This document shows positions 1 through 12,958 of a stretch of 64,000 nt of DNA, in pieces. Location of the stretch: assembly GCF_963921235.1 (NCBI RefSeq), contig NC_086097.1:42100001-42164000 (forward strand), read 5' to 3'. The translations under genes and the position numbers were made by a program. Under the pieces are notes generated by a model. The model was given only the letters and a program-made list of their open reading frames with translations, made no database searches and was not told the origin of the DNA. Each line of letters opens with the position of its first letter. Position 1 is the stretch's first letter. The DNA is from Mobula hypostoma (taxonomy: Eukaryota).

Positions 1-2540
1 CTCCACCAGGTGAACACCAAGAAATTTGGTGCCCTTAACGATCTCTACGGAGGAGTTGTCGATGTTCAGTGGAGGGTGGTTGCTCTGTGTCTTCCTGAAG
101 TCAACAACCATCTCTTTTATTTTGTTCACATTCAGAGACAGGTTGTTGGCTCTGCACCAGTCCGTTAGCCGCTGTACCTCCTCTCTGTATGCTGACTCAT
201 CATTCTTGCTGATGAGACCCACCATGATCATGTCATCGGCGAACTTGATGATCTGGTTCGAGCTGTATGTCACAGCAGTCATGGGTCAGCAGAGTGAACA
301 GCAGTGGACTGAGCACACAGCCCTGGTGGGCCCCTGTGCTCAGTGTGATGGTGTTGGAGATGCTGCTTCCAATCTGGACTGACTAAGGTCTCCCAGTCAG
401 GAAGTCTAGGATCCAGTTGCAGAGGAAGGTGTTCAAGCCCAGTAGGCTCAGCTTTCCATTCAGTTTCTGAGGAATGATTGTGTTGAATGCTGAACTCAAG
501 TCTATGAACAGCATTCGAATATACATGTCTTTTTTGTCCAGGGTGGGTTAGGGCCAGGTGGAGGGTGATGGCAATGGCATCGTCTGTTGAACGGTTGGGA
601 CGGTATGCAAACTGCAGGAGTTCCAGTGAGGTGGGCAGCAGGGTCTTGATGTGCCTCATGATGAGCCTCTCGAAACACTTCATGATGATGGATGTGAGTG
701 CGACGGGACGGTAGTCATTGAGGCAGGACACTGAAGACTTCTTCGGCATGGGGACGATGGTGGCGGCCTTGAAGCACGTAGGAACGACGGCACTGCTCAG
801 GGAGATGTTGAAGGTGTCAGTGAGAATCTCAGCTAGCTGGTCTGCACATCCTCTAAGCACTCTGCCAGTAATATTGTCTGGTCCAGCAGTCTTCCGTGGG
901 TTGACCCTGCACAGGGTTCTCCTCACATTGGTCACGGTAAGACACAGCACCTGGTCGTTTGGAGGAGGGATGGTCTTCCTTGCTGCCACGTCATTTTCCA
1001 CCTCAAAACGAGCGTAGAAGTTATTCAACACGTCTGGGAGGGAGGCATCACCAGCACAGGCAGGTGGTGTTGTCTTGTAGTTGACGATGTCCTGAATGCC
1101 CTTCCACATGCGCAGCATGTCGCTGCTGTCCTGGAAGTGGCTGTGGATTCACTGGGCGTGTGCACACTTTGCCTCTCTGATGGGCCGGGACAGTTTGGCC
1201 CTCGCTGTTGTTAGGGCTGCCTTGTCACCTGCTCTAAAGGTGGAGTCTCGGGTCCTCAGCAGCGCACGCACCTCCGCAGTCATCCATGGCTTTAGGTTAG
1301 CGCATGTAGTGATAGTCCTGGCTACAGTGACGTCATCGATGTACTTGCTGATGTAACTAGTCACTGATGCCGTGTACTTCTCTAAGTTGGTAGAGTCGCC
1401 ATCGGTTGCAGCCTCCCTGAACATGTGCCAGTCAGAGTGCTCAAAGCAGTCTTGAAGAGCAGAGATGGCTCCTGCTGGCCAGGTTTTCACCTGCTTCTGA
1501 ACTGATCTGGAGCGCCTGACGAGCGGTCTGTATGCTGGGATTAGCATAACAGAGATGTGGTCTGAGTAGCCGAGGTGGGGGGCAGGGATCTGCCTGGTAC
1601 GTGTCAGGAATATTTGTGTAAACAAGGTCCAACGCATTCTCCCCTCTTGTTGCAAAGTCCCCATTCTGATGGAATCTGGGGAGCACTGATTTAAGGTTCG
1701 CATGGTTAAAATCTCCGGCGACAATAAACAGTCCATCAGGGTATACATTCTGCAGTTCATTAATAGCCCCATACAGTTCACAGAGCACCTCCTTAGCATT
1801 AGCACTGGGGGGAATGTAGACACTGACTATAAGAGCAGTGGTGAATTCCCGTGGCAGATAAAATGGTCTGCATCTAACAGTCACAAACTCCACTAGCGAT
1901 GAGCAGTATCTGGAAACCAGCACAGATTTCTTGCACCATTCCGTATTGATGTAAACACACAAGCCACCACCATGAGTCTTACCAGAAAGAGCTGCATCTC
2001 TGTCCACTCGAAACAAGACAAGCCCGTTCAGCTGAATGAATGGCGGTGTCCGGGATTCCGTCAGTGAGCCACATTTCCGTGAAAACATATGCACAGCAGA
2101 CTCTGTACTCCCGCGGAGTATTTCATTGGAGTCGGTTGTAGTCCAATTTATTGTCCAGGGAGCGGACATTGGAGAGCAGAATGGACGGGATAGCCGGCCG
2201 GCTAGGATCTGCTTTTTGCCTGGCACGGTCTCCTGCCCGCTTGCCTCGCTTCCGCTTCCTCACACACCCCTTACGACGTCTCCACCTCCGGCCACTGGAA
2301 TCAGGCGACTCTGAGGACTGTAGGCCTGATCGCCTCAGCAAGCTGAGGTCACATAATTTAACCAGCAGATCTTCATGAAGGTTTGTTTTCGGGCGCTATC
2401 TATATTGTAGGAGCATCTGGCGACGGTAGATAGTCGCTCTGTTATCCATGTGCCCTCATCAAAAATTGTGCCTTGAAATTAAATTAAAGTAACACCAGAG
2501 CCGAAAGGCTGCTGCTGCTGTGCCGCGTCGCCTGCTGGCA
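1..2540 (-). mobile_element. Rex1/Babar-clade LINE, 5' part (APE endonuclease + RT), frameshifted; runs off the window start
   Basis: Minus ORFs 1441-2226 ([30 protein letters not shown]), 1149-1823 (GYSDH) and 279-1118 ([32 protein letters not shown]) are consecutive pieces of one ORF2. Confidence 0.9.
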
Positions 2541-2569
2541 AATTCTGGTGCAATGATCAATGATTCATG

Positions 2570-3855
2570 ATCAAGGAGATTTGGTATGTCAACTTCTATG
2601 GATGTACCATGGAGAGCATTCTGACAGGATACATCACTGTCTGGTATGGGGTGGGAGCTACTGCACAGGACTGAAAGAAGCTGCAGAGGGTTATAAATTT
2701 AGTCGGCTCCATCTTGGGTGCTAGCCTACAAAGTACCCAGGACATCTTCGAGGAGTGGTGTCTCAGAAAGCCAGCGCCCATTATTAAGGACCTTCTGCAC
2801 ACAAGGCATGCCCTTTTTTCACTGCTACCATCAGGTAGGAGATACAGAAGCCTGAAGGTTAACTTGAAATACTCAGCGATTCAGGAACAGCTTCTCCCCC
2901 TCTGCCATCCGATTCCTAAATGGACATTGAACCAGTGAACACTTCCTCACTTTTTTTAATATACATTATTTCTGTTTTTTGCATGACTTTAACCTAGTGA
3001 ATATGCATTTACTGTAAATTTATTTATTTATTTATTTATTATTGGGTTGTTTTTTCTTCTTCTTCTTCTATATTATGACCCCTGTTTCCATCCAGGGGGT
3101 CAGTGTGGACATGGTGGAGGATTACAAATACCTGGGGATACGAATTGACAATAAACTGGACTGGTCAAAGAACACTGAGGCTGTCTACAAGAAGGGTAAG
3201 AGCTGTCTCTATTTCCTGAGGAGACTGAGGTCCTTTAACATCTGCCGGACGATGCTGAGGATGTTCTACGAGTCTGTGGTGGCCAGTGCTATCATGTTTG
3301 CTGTTGTGTGCTGGGGCAGCAGGCTGAGGGTAGCAGACACCAACAGAATCAACAAACTCATTCGTAAGGCCAGTGATGTTGTAGGGATGGAACTGGACTC
3401 TCTGACGGCGGTGTCTGAAAAGAGGATGCTGTCCAAGTTGCATGCCATCTTGGACAATGTCTCCCATCCACTACATAATGTACTGGTTGGGCACAGGAGT
3501 ACATTCAGCCAGAGACTCATTCCACCGAGATGCAACACAGAGTGTCATAGGAAGTCATTCCTGCCTGTGGCCATCAAACTTTACAACTCCTCCCTTGGAA
3601 GGTCAGACACCCTGAGCCAATAGGCTGGTCCTGGACTTATTCCCTGGCATAATTTACTATTTAACTATTTATATATTACTATTTAACTACTTATGGTTTT
3701 ATTACTATTTATCATTTATGTTGCAACTGTAACGAAAACCAATTTCCCCTGGGATCAATAAAGTACGACTATGACTATGACTATGAACTGCTGCTGCTAA
3801 GTTAACAAATTTCACAACACCTGTCGGTAATAATAAATCTGATTCTGATTCTGAT
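2570..3855 (+). mobile_element. Rex1-type LINE 3' fragment, interrupted at about 3075-3786
   Basis: Rex1 C-terminal coding remnant (LFSLLPSGRRYRSL); the 3' UTR resumes at 3787 and ends in (CTGATT)n, as in the related copy at 9283-10355. Confidence 0.8.
3075..3786 (+). mobile_element. 5'-truncated Rex1 LINE of a second family, nested in the previous element's 3' UTR
   Basis: Open frame to 3623 (YKYLG..LDW..FLRRLRSFNI..FYESVVAS..HPLH..RKSFLP), then AATAAA and an (ACTATG)n tail. Confidence 0.85.
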
Positions 3856-3856
3856 C

Positions 3857-6268
3857 CCAAGAGAAAGAATTTGTAGAATGCCTACGAGTTAACATTTTAG
3901 AGCAGCTTGTGTTTGAGCCCTCTGGGGAAAAAGCAGCTCTGGATTGGATATTGTGTAATGAACCAGATTTGAATAGGGAGCTTAAGGTAAAGGAACCTTA
4001 GGTGTTAGTGATCATAATATAACAGAATTTACCCTACAGTTTGAGAGGGAGAAGCTAAAATCAGATGTATCAATATTACAGTGGGGTAAAGTGAACTACA
4101 GAGGAATGAGAGAGAAGCCTGCCAAAGTTGATTGGAAGGAGAAACTAGCAGAGATGATTGCCAAAAAGCAATGACAGGAGTTTCTGGGAGTAATTAAGAA
4201 GGCTCAGGAAGGATACATCCCAAAGAAGGAGAAGTATTCTAAAGGGAGGCTGAGGCAACCATGCTGACAAGGGAAGTCAAAGGTTGCATAAAAGCCAAAG
4301 AGAGGGCATATAATAGAGCAAAGATTTGTGGTAAGTTAGAGGATTGAGAAGCTTTTAAAAATCAACAGAAGGCATAACCTAAAAGGCATAGGAAGAGAAA
4401 AGATGAAATATAAAGGTAAGCTAGTCAATTATAAAAAAAGGATACAAAAACAATTTTCAGATATATAAAGAGTAAATGAGAGACAAAGGTGGATATAGGA
4501 CTGCTGGAAAATGATGCTAAAGAGGTACAGTAGTAATGTGGGATAAAGAACTGTTGGAAAAACTTAATAAGTATTTTGAATCTGTCTTCACTGTGGAAAA
4601 CAACAGCAGCATGCCAGAAATTCATGAGAGTCAGTGTGTAGAAATGAGGTTCGTTGTTATTACTAAGGAGAAGGTGCTTGGGAAGCTGAAAGGTGTGAAG
4701 GAAGATAAGTCACCTGGACCAGATGAACTACATCTGGGGGTCCTGAAAAAGGTAGCTGAAGAGATTATGGAGGCAATAGTAGTGATACTTCAAGAATTAC
4801 TAGATTCTGAAATGGTTCCGGAGGACTGGAAAACTGCAAATGTCACTCAACTTTTTAGGAAGAGAGTGAGGCAAAAGACAAGAAATTATAGGCCAGTTAG
4901 CCTGACTTCAGTGGTGATAAGATGTTGAATTTCATATTAAGTATGAGGTTTCAGGGTAATTGGAAGCACGTGATAAAATACACGGAAGTTAGCATGGGTT
5001 CCTTAAGAGGAGATATTGCCTTTCAAGTTTGTTGGAATTCTTTAAGAAAGTAATAGGCAGGATACACAAAGGAAAGTCAGTGGATGTTGCTTACTTGGAT
5101 TTTCAGAAGGCCTTTGAAAAGGTGCTGCTCATGAGGTTTCTAAACAAAGTTACAGTCCATTGTATTACAGGAAAAATTCCAGCATGGATAAAGATCGGCT
5201 GACTGGCAGGAGACAAAGAGGGGGAATAAAGGGGGCCTTTTCTGGTTGATGGCCGGTGATTAGTGGAGTTCCAAAGGGATCTGGGTTGGGACCGCTTCTT
5301 TTTACATTATACTGTATGCCAGTGATTTTAATGACTTTGTGGCCAAGTTTGCAGGTGATACGAAGACAGGTGAATTGTCAGGTAGTGTTGAGGAAGCAAG
5401 GAATCTACAGAAGGACCTGGGAAGATTAGGAGATTGGGCAAAGAAGTGGCAGATGGAATACAGTGTAGGGAAGTGCATGGTCATGCACTTCGGTAAATGC
5501 GTGGACTATTTTCTGAATAGATTCAGAAAAAAATCAGAAATCGGAGGTGCAATGGGACCTGGGAGTCTTCATTCATGTTCCCTAAAGGTTAACTTGCAGG
5601 TTGAGTCAGTGGCAAGGAAGGCAAATACAATGTTAGCATTCATTTTGGAAAGGATAGAATATAAAAGCAAGGATGTACGCTGAGGCATATAAGGCATTAG
5701 TCAGACCACATTTGGAGTACTGTGAGTAGTTTTGGGCATCTTATCTAAGAAAAGATGTGCTGGCATTGCAGAGGGTCCAGAAGGCGTTTGCAAGAACGAG
5801 TCCAGGCACGACAGGTTATCGTATGAGGAGGGTTTGATGCCTCTGGGCCTGTACTCACCGCAGTTTAGAAGAATGAAGCAGGTTTCATTGAAAACTATTG
5901 AATATTGAAAAGTCTAGATAGCGTAGATGTGGAGAGGTTGTTTCATATAATGTGTGAGTCTAAGAGCAGAGGGCACAGCCTCAGAATAGAAGGATGTCCC
6001 TTTAGAACAGAGATGAGGAGGAAATTATTTAGCCAGGGGCTGATGAATCTGTGGAATTCATTGCATTGACATCTGTAGGGGACAAGTAATTGGTTATATT
6101 TAAAGCTGAGGTTGATAGGTTCTTAATTAGTAAGGGTGTCAAGCTTACAGGGCGAAGACAAGAGAATGGGGCTGTGAAAGATAATGAATCAGCCATGATG
6201 AAATGAAAGAGCAGACCTGAAAGCTAAATAGCCTAATTTCACTCCAATGTCGCATGGTCTTATATGTC
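3857..6268 (+). mobile_element. CR1 LINE, 5'-truncated, decayed ORF2
   Basis: KSPGPDELH, NYRPVSLTSVV, KFAGDTK, WAKKWQMEYS; CR1-like 3' end near 6260. Confidence 0.9.
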
Positions 6269-6699
6269 AGAGTAATGCACTTGTCAAAATTGAATTTAAT
6301 GTAGTATCTTTTAGCTGTGATGTGTGATACAGAGTCTTGGGATAATAAAGGTACTTGAATGACAGTTGGACATATTAATATCAGGGAGCATCCTATGGAG
6401 ATTATTGGAAGGAAAGTGAAGAGGGACATTTACATGGAGGAATATGCAAAACAAGTGTATTTATTTGGAGACAGGAACATAATGACACAAGCATTTACAC
6501 ATTAGGGTCCTCCTGCACACCGATTTTAAAAAATTCATGACTATCTTCTACTTTAACACCATATTCTTGCATTACCTACATTCCCTTGATTCCTTCAGCA
6601 TCAGGACATCTATTGATCTCTCTTTAGAATGTACTCACTGATTGAGCCTCCACAGGCCATCCTCTGTGTGAAGAAACGTCCCCATTTCAGAGCAGAATG

Positions 6700-6840
6700 A
6701 CACTGAGATTATTGCTTGTCGAGGTTTCGGCGATACAGGATCAGAGTGAATTTAGCAAAATGCCAATTCATGCAATCAGCTCTGGAATATGATGCATCCA
6801 ACTCAGAGTGAAGTGGATGCCATTGCTAATACACAATGAG
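6700..6840 (+). mobile_element. Old Gypsy RT remnant
   Basis: Translates to RFRRYRIRVNLAKCQFMQSALEY..HPTQSEVDAIAN, resembling the Gypsy RT KC.F....VEY...HP..KV.AI segment. Confidence 0.45.
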
Positions 6841-6926
6841 GTAGTCAGAGTGTTAAACCAGCCATCACAGAATAAAATAATGGAGAATGCTGCCACATAC
6901 AAGGATGGTTAATAATCTGTGAACCT

Positions 6927-7697
6927 CAAGTCCAAGTTCAAATTTATTGTCATCTGACTGGACATATACACAATCAAACAAAACAACATTCCTCTAGATC
7001 ACTCTGCACCCACACTACATACATCAAGCACAGCACATAAACCAAAATATTATACTATAAATAAGTTAACAAAATATAATTAAAATGCATGTAGTAAAGT
7101 GCAACGTAGGTAAACAGTGAACAGCTCGCTATCCTAGAAACGAGACTTCATTGGTACAAGGTATTTATTAGGCTCAGAACCTGAGGAAAGAAGCTGTTAC
7201 CCAGTCTGGTCCAAGTCCTGGTGCTTCTGTACCACTTTCTTGATGGTAGAGGGCCAAAGAGATGGTAGGATGGGTGGTAGGCTTCCTCAAAAATGCTTTG
7301 CGCCCTTCGTCTGCAACGCTCTCAGTAAATGTCAGAAATAGGGGAAAGGGAGATGCCGATAATTCTTTCAGTGGTTTTAACTATCCTCTGTAGGGTCTTG
7401 CGGTCCAACGCCTTGCAGCTTCTGTACCACCAAATGATGCAGCCACACAGGAGGCTGTTGATGGTGCTCCTGTAAAACGTTGTTAGAATGGGGGCAGGGA
7501 ACCTTACATGCCCCAATTTCCTCAGAGCGTGGAGACGTTGCTGTGCCTTCTTGGTTAGTAAGGAGGGGTTGTGGGTCCAGGTTAGGTTGTCCATTATGTG
7601 CACGTCAAGGAGCTTTGCACTCTTCACTCTCTCTTCAGCAGATGTGCAATGGAGAGTGCTTGACCTGTGCCTTCCTGAAGTCCACAATCATCTCTCA
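6927..7697 (-). mobile_element. Rex1 LINE 3' fragment
   Basis: ORF 7322-7687 (NLTW..KKAQQRLH..TFYRSTI..LQRIVK); AATAAA and TTGAAC-like tail on the minus strand near 6930. Confidence 0.8.
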
Positions 7698-7789
7698 GAA
7701 CACTGAGAACATGTAAGTAAACAGACTGATAACAGAGTAATCAAAGAAATCTATATCCAACATTGATTGACTGTAGAATTCTGAACCAG

Positions 7790-8022
7790 GAATGGTATTT
7801 AAGCAATCTTGTATATATATTATTTGATTAAGTATTCTTTTTTGTTTAAATAATTCATTACAGGTTTAAATCATTCATTATCTGTTAATTGCATACGTCA
7901 TCATGCTACCACATATATGTTTATGTCTCACTTAAAGTAAACTCAAAATTACACCCACATTTCTTGGAGTTCTGTGTCTTTCTTCAAATTAGATTAATGT
8001 TTTGCAGTTACAAAAAGTAACA
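7790..8022 (+). repeat. 5' LTR of the Gypsy element (extreme 5' end eroded)
   Basis: Colinear with 16953-17200 (CTTGTATATATATTATTTG, CATACGTCA, CTTAAAGTAAACT, AAATTAGATTAATGTTTTG); ends in ACA. Confidence 0.85.
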
Positions 8023-8262
8023 TTGGCAAAGAGGTATTTTTAAAATGAACTTGAGACAGTTACCGACCCATTAAAGCACAGAGAGATGTTGGAGTTCAAA
8101 GAAAAGTACAGCAAAGAACGGTCGAGGGAAAAACAGAACGTACAGAGACGGCCTTCGGAAGGGAAGACATAACCAAGTTTTTTTTAAGTCATAAAACAAA
8201 AGAATTCACAGGTTCATCAAGAGTGAGTACCAGGTGAAAATAATCATTTTAAAAAATCAGAA

Positions 8263-9282
8263 ATGGTTAGCTACATCAGAAGAATTGATGAGTTTGATTT
8301 TACAATGGGTTATTTGCTCATGTATATTGAGTTATTGGAGCAGTACCTTGAAGCAAATGAAGTAGTAAATGAGAAACAAGTACCAATTTTGCAAAGTGCA
8401 TTGGGTTTAAAGGCATACAGTTTGCTTCAAAGTAAAACTGTTCCAACCAAACTTGCAGAAATTAGCTCTGCTGATAGTATTAAAGGAACATTTAGAACTG
8501 AAGCCATTGTAGATTGAAGAAGGCTTCAGGTTTCATAAGCAGAATCAATCAGAACTGGAGTCCAGTTCAGCATATGTGGCTGAATTGAAGAGATTATCTG
8601 AGCATTATCAGCTCAGTAATAGGCTTAATGATGTACTGAGAGATTGTTTAATTTGTGTAACCTTAAAAGAAAGCATTCAAAACTCAATGAATTAATTGAA
8701 ATGGCTGCCTCAATGGAAACAGTAGACAGAGACGCAGTCAGGAATGAAACTGAACCTGAAAAATATTGCAGCGTCGAAACAGAAACCAACCTGGCCGAAC
8801 AAATTGTGTTACCATTGTAGCAGGAGCTCACACATACCAAAGAAAGGTAGCTTTAAAGGTGAAACCTGCATAAGATGCAGCAATGTAGGTCACATACAAA
8901 GAGCACGTCGGGCAGACAAAAGTAAATGGTCTGCACAGGAAAGAGAAAATGCTAAAAAGTCAAGTTCCCGTTTTAAAGAGTACTAATCTGCATACTGTTG
9001 AAGAATCTGATAATGATGAAAGTGACACAGGACTGAGTAGCCTTGAAATCTAAAGTGTGAGAGTGAACAATAGACAAACAATATGGCTTACACCAGAAGC
9101 GAACGGCAAATTAATTAAAATGGAATTAGACACTGGTTCAGTCTTTGCACAAAATGAGTTGAACAGCATTTCAATTTTACCAAACTGAAAGCTGCAGATG
9201 TCCAGTTAAGAATTTACACTGGAGGAAAGATAACTCCTGCAGGAATGACATCGTAACAGTGAAATACGACCAACAAGCCACA
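8263..9282 (+). pseudogene. Gypsy gag (two degenerate CCHC knuckles) and protease, decayed
   Basis: EQYLEANEV..LGLKAYSLL; CYHCSRSSH and CIRCSNVGHIQRAR; protease IKMELDTGS near 9120; continues after the Rex1 insertion as LYVVKTRGKALWGCDQL at 10357. Confidence 0.8.
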
Positions 9283-10355
9283 TCAGAATCAGGTTTACTA
9301 TCACCAGCTTGTGACGTGAAATTTGTTATCTTAGCAGCAGCAGTTCTATGCAATATATAATCCAGCAGAGAAAAAAATAATAATAATCAATAAATAAAAT
9401 AAAAATAATAATAACAATAAATAAACAAGTAAATCAAATACAGTATATGTATATTGAATGGATTTTTTTTAATGTGCAAAAGCAGAATTTCTGTATATTA
9501 AGAAAAAGTGAGGTAGTGTCCAGAGATTCGATGTTGATATAAGAATCGGATGGGAGGGGAAGAAGCAATTCCTGAATCGCTGAGTGTGTGCCCTCAGGCT
9601 TTGGTATCTCCTACCTGATGGTAACAGTGAGAAAAGGGCATGCCCTGGGTGCTGGAGGTCCTTAATAACAATAGCTGCCTTTCTGAGACACCACTCCCTG
9701 AAGATGTCCTGGGTACTTTGTAAGCCAGTACCCAAGATGGAGTTGACCATATTTACAACCTTCTGCAGCTTCTTTCAGTCCTGTGCAGTTGCCCCTGCAT
9801 ACCAGACAGTGATGCAGCCTGTCAGAATGCTCTCCATGGTACGAATGTAGAAGTCTTTGAGTGTATTTGTTGACATGCCAAATCTCTTCAAACTCCTAAT
9901 GAAGTATAGCTGCTGTCTTGCCTTCTTTAAAACTGCATCCATATGTCGGGACCAGGTTAGATACTTAGAGATCTTGACACCCAGGAAGTTGAGACTGCTC
10001 ACTTTCTCCACTTTTGATCCCTCAATGAGGTTTGGTGTGTGTTCCTTCGTCTTACCCTTCCTGAAGTCCACAATTAGCTCTTTGGTCTTACTTCGTTGAG
10101 TCCCAGATTGTTGCTGTGGCACCACTCCACTAGTTGGCATATCCCACTCCTGTACGCCCTCTTGTCACCACCTGAGATTCTACCAACAATAGTAGAATCG
10201 TCAGCAAATTGAAAGACGGCATTTGAGCTTTGTCTAGCTACACAGTCATGTGTACATAGAGAGCAGAGCAGTGGGCTGAGGTGCACCAGTGTTGATTGTC
10301 AGTGAGGAGTATATGTTATCACCAATCCACACAGATTGTGGTCTTCCAGTTAGAA
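9283..10355 (-). mobile_element. Rex1 LINE 3' part inserted in the Gypsy protease
   Basis: FADDSTIVG, KTKELIVDFRK, FLGVKIS, LFSLLPSGRRY; CTGATTCTGAT tail. Confidence 0.9.
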
Positions 10356-10559
10356 AGTGTTGTATGTGGTAAAAACAAGAGGAAAAGCTTTGTGGGGGTG
10401 TGACCAGCTGAGACAACTAAAACTTGATTTGAGATCCATCCACAGTTTGCAAGACATTTTCCCTGCAATGAAGCCAAGTGAAAGCAAATTAAAACATAGA
10501 CTGAATGATGCCACAAATGTCTCCATGCTGTACACCATTGCCCAATAGAGGACAAATAG

Positions 10560-11205
10560 CTGTTGTTGCCAACCTCTGTGCCTCTGGTTGGAAAGCATAT
10601 TGGACCAAGGAAGGACCATGCTGCGCAGAGGAATTCTGAAAGTGACAAAAGCAGTTAGTATAATTATAACAGTTTTTGTAGACAGTATCTCTGAGAAAGC
10701 TGCTGATATGTTAATCAGGCAGCTACTTTGAAATGTGGCTTGGTTTTAAGCTGATAGAGCGTTCAAGGAACTTCAGGAAAGTCACAAGTATTCAGCTTTT
10801 GTGATTATAAAGATCCCGAATCTACCCTGAGTGCATAAAACCCAAGTGGGAGACAAAAAGCTGCTTGAAAAAGTAAATGCTAAGACTAAAGCCGAGCTGG
10901 ATGAATAGAAGGCCAAAGACAAAGGAGTAAATGGAGATACAAAAACAGAGGGTTTATCAGATGATGTTGTAGGTGATGAAACCAAGAGGAGAAATCAGAT
11001 CATAAAGAGAGCAATAAAAGGATGAATAAGGGAATGTTCCATTGCACTAAAGGCACATTCCTGAGATCAAGACGCACAAACTAGAAGAAAAAGGAGGTAA
11101 GAGATGAAGAGGAAGAATGTGAATGTGAAAGAGAAAGGTGAGAGAGAAAGAAGGAATGTTAGAACAAAAAAGATAGTGATCTAAGCAGACCCAGACGGAG
11201 AAAAG
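10560..11205 (+). pseudogene. RBM25: Processed (intronless) RBM25 fragment: RRM domain, following helix and part of the Arg/Glu-rich region; several stops and frameshifts
   Basis: Manual translation across frameshifts: VGKHIGPRKDH..TVFVDSISEKAADMLIRQLL/KCGLVLS**SVQGTSGKSQVFSFCDYKDPESTLSA*/QVGDKKLLEKVNAKTKAELDE*KAK..DETKRRNQIIKRAI. This matches vertebrate RBM25 as recalled (TVFVGNISEKASDMLIRQLLAKCGLVLSWKRVQGASGKLQAFGFCEYKEPESTLRA). Confidence 0.9.
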
Positions 11206-12791
11206 GAGAAGATAGATATTCAGGGCTGTCAGAACCACTCCCTGCCATCTCAGAATCAACTCCTACAACCAGCATAGAGGAGGCCCCAGACCTGAGATTA
11301 TTTCATAACCTCGTCTCACCTGCCAAGAAGAATGATCGCTTTTTGTCAGAAATGACATTATCTCTCAAGATTAAGAAATCCTGTGCAGTAATTAAATCTT
11401 TAGGCTCAATAGGACAATTAAAATTTACCATGCTGTTGATGTCCATATATAGTTGTTGTATAAAATAGTCTCCTGAGTGTGTAGCTGAGATAGACACATA
11501 GAAACATAGAAAACCTACAGCACAATACAGGCCCTTTGGCCCACAAAGCTGTGCCGAACATGTCCCTACCTTAGAAATTACCTAGCGGTATCCATAGCCC
11601 TCTATTTTTCTAAGCTCCATGTATCTATTTAGGAGTCTTTTAAAAGACCCTATCGTATTCACCTCCATCCCCGTCGCCAGCAGCCCATTCCACGCACTCC
11701 ACCACTCTCTGTGTAAAAAATGTACCCCTCACATCTCCTCTGTACCTACTTCCAAGCACCTTAAAACTGTGCCCTCTTGCGTTAGCCATTTCAGCCCTGG
11801 GAAAAAGCTTTGGACTATCCACACAATCAATGCCTTTCATCATCTTATACACCTCTGTCAGGTCACCTCTCATCCTCCATCGCTCCAAGGAGAAAAGGTC
11901 AAGTTCTCTCAACCTATTCTCATAAGGCATGCTCCCCAATCCAGGCAACATCCAAGTAAATCTCCTCTGCACCCTTTATATGGTTTTCAGGTCCTTTCTA
12001 TAGTGAGGTGACCAGAAATGAGCATAGTACACCAAGTGGGGTCTGATCAGGGTCCTCTATAGCTGCAACATTACCTCTCAGCTCCTAAACTCAATTCCAA
12101 AATTGATGAAGGCCAATGCACCATATGCCTTCTTAACCACAGAGTCAACCTGCGCAGTAGCTTTGCGTGTCCTATGGACTCGGACCCCAAGATCCTTCTG
12201 ATCCTCCACACCGCCAAGAATCTTACCATTAATACTATATCCTGTCATCATATTTGACCTACCAAAATGAACCACCTCACACTTATCTGGGTTGAACTCC
12301 ATCTGCCACTTCTCAGCCCAGTTTTGCATCCTATCAATGTCCCGCTGTAACCTCTGACAGCCTTTCACACTGTCCACAACACCTCCAACCTTTGTGTCAT
12401 CAGCAAATTTACTAACCCATCCCTCCACTTCCTCATCAAGGTCATTTATAAAAATCACGAAGAGTAGAGGTCCCAGAACAGATCCCTGAGGCACACCACC
12501 GGTCACCATCCTGCATGTAGAATATGACCCGTCTACAACCGCTCTTTGCCTTCTGTGGTCAAGCCAGTTCTGGATAAACAAAGCAATGTCCCCATGGATC
12601 CCATGACTCCTTACTTTCTCAATAGGCCTTGCATGGGGTACCTTATCAAGTGCCTTGCTAAAATCCATATACACTACATCTACGGCTCTACCTTCCTCAA
12701 TGTGTTTAGTCACATCCTCAAAAAATTCATTCAGGCTCGTTAGGCACAACCTGCCTTTGACAAAGCTATGCTGACTATTCTTAATCATATT

Positions 12792-12958
12792 ATAGAACAT
12801 AGAACAGTGGCCCTTTGACCCACAATGTTGTGCCGACCATGTAACCTACTCTAGAAACTGCCTAGAATTTCCCTAACGAATTCCCCTTTATTTTTCTAAG
12901 CTCCATGTACCTATCTAAGAGACTCTTAAAATATCCTATTGTATATGCTTCCAGCACC
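12792..12958 (-). mobile_element. Short CR1 3' tail inserted into the RT of the host CR1
   Basis: Begins TAGAACATAGAAC (tail repeat), resembles 11497-11680 and interrupts the RT frame. Confidence 0.7.
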
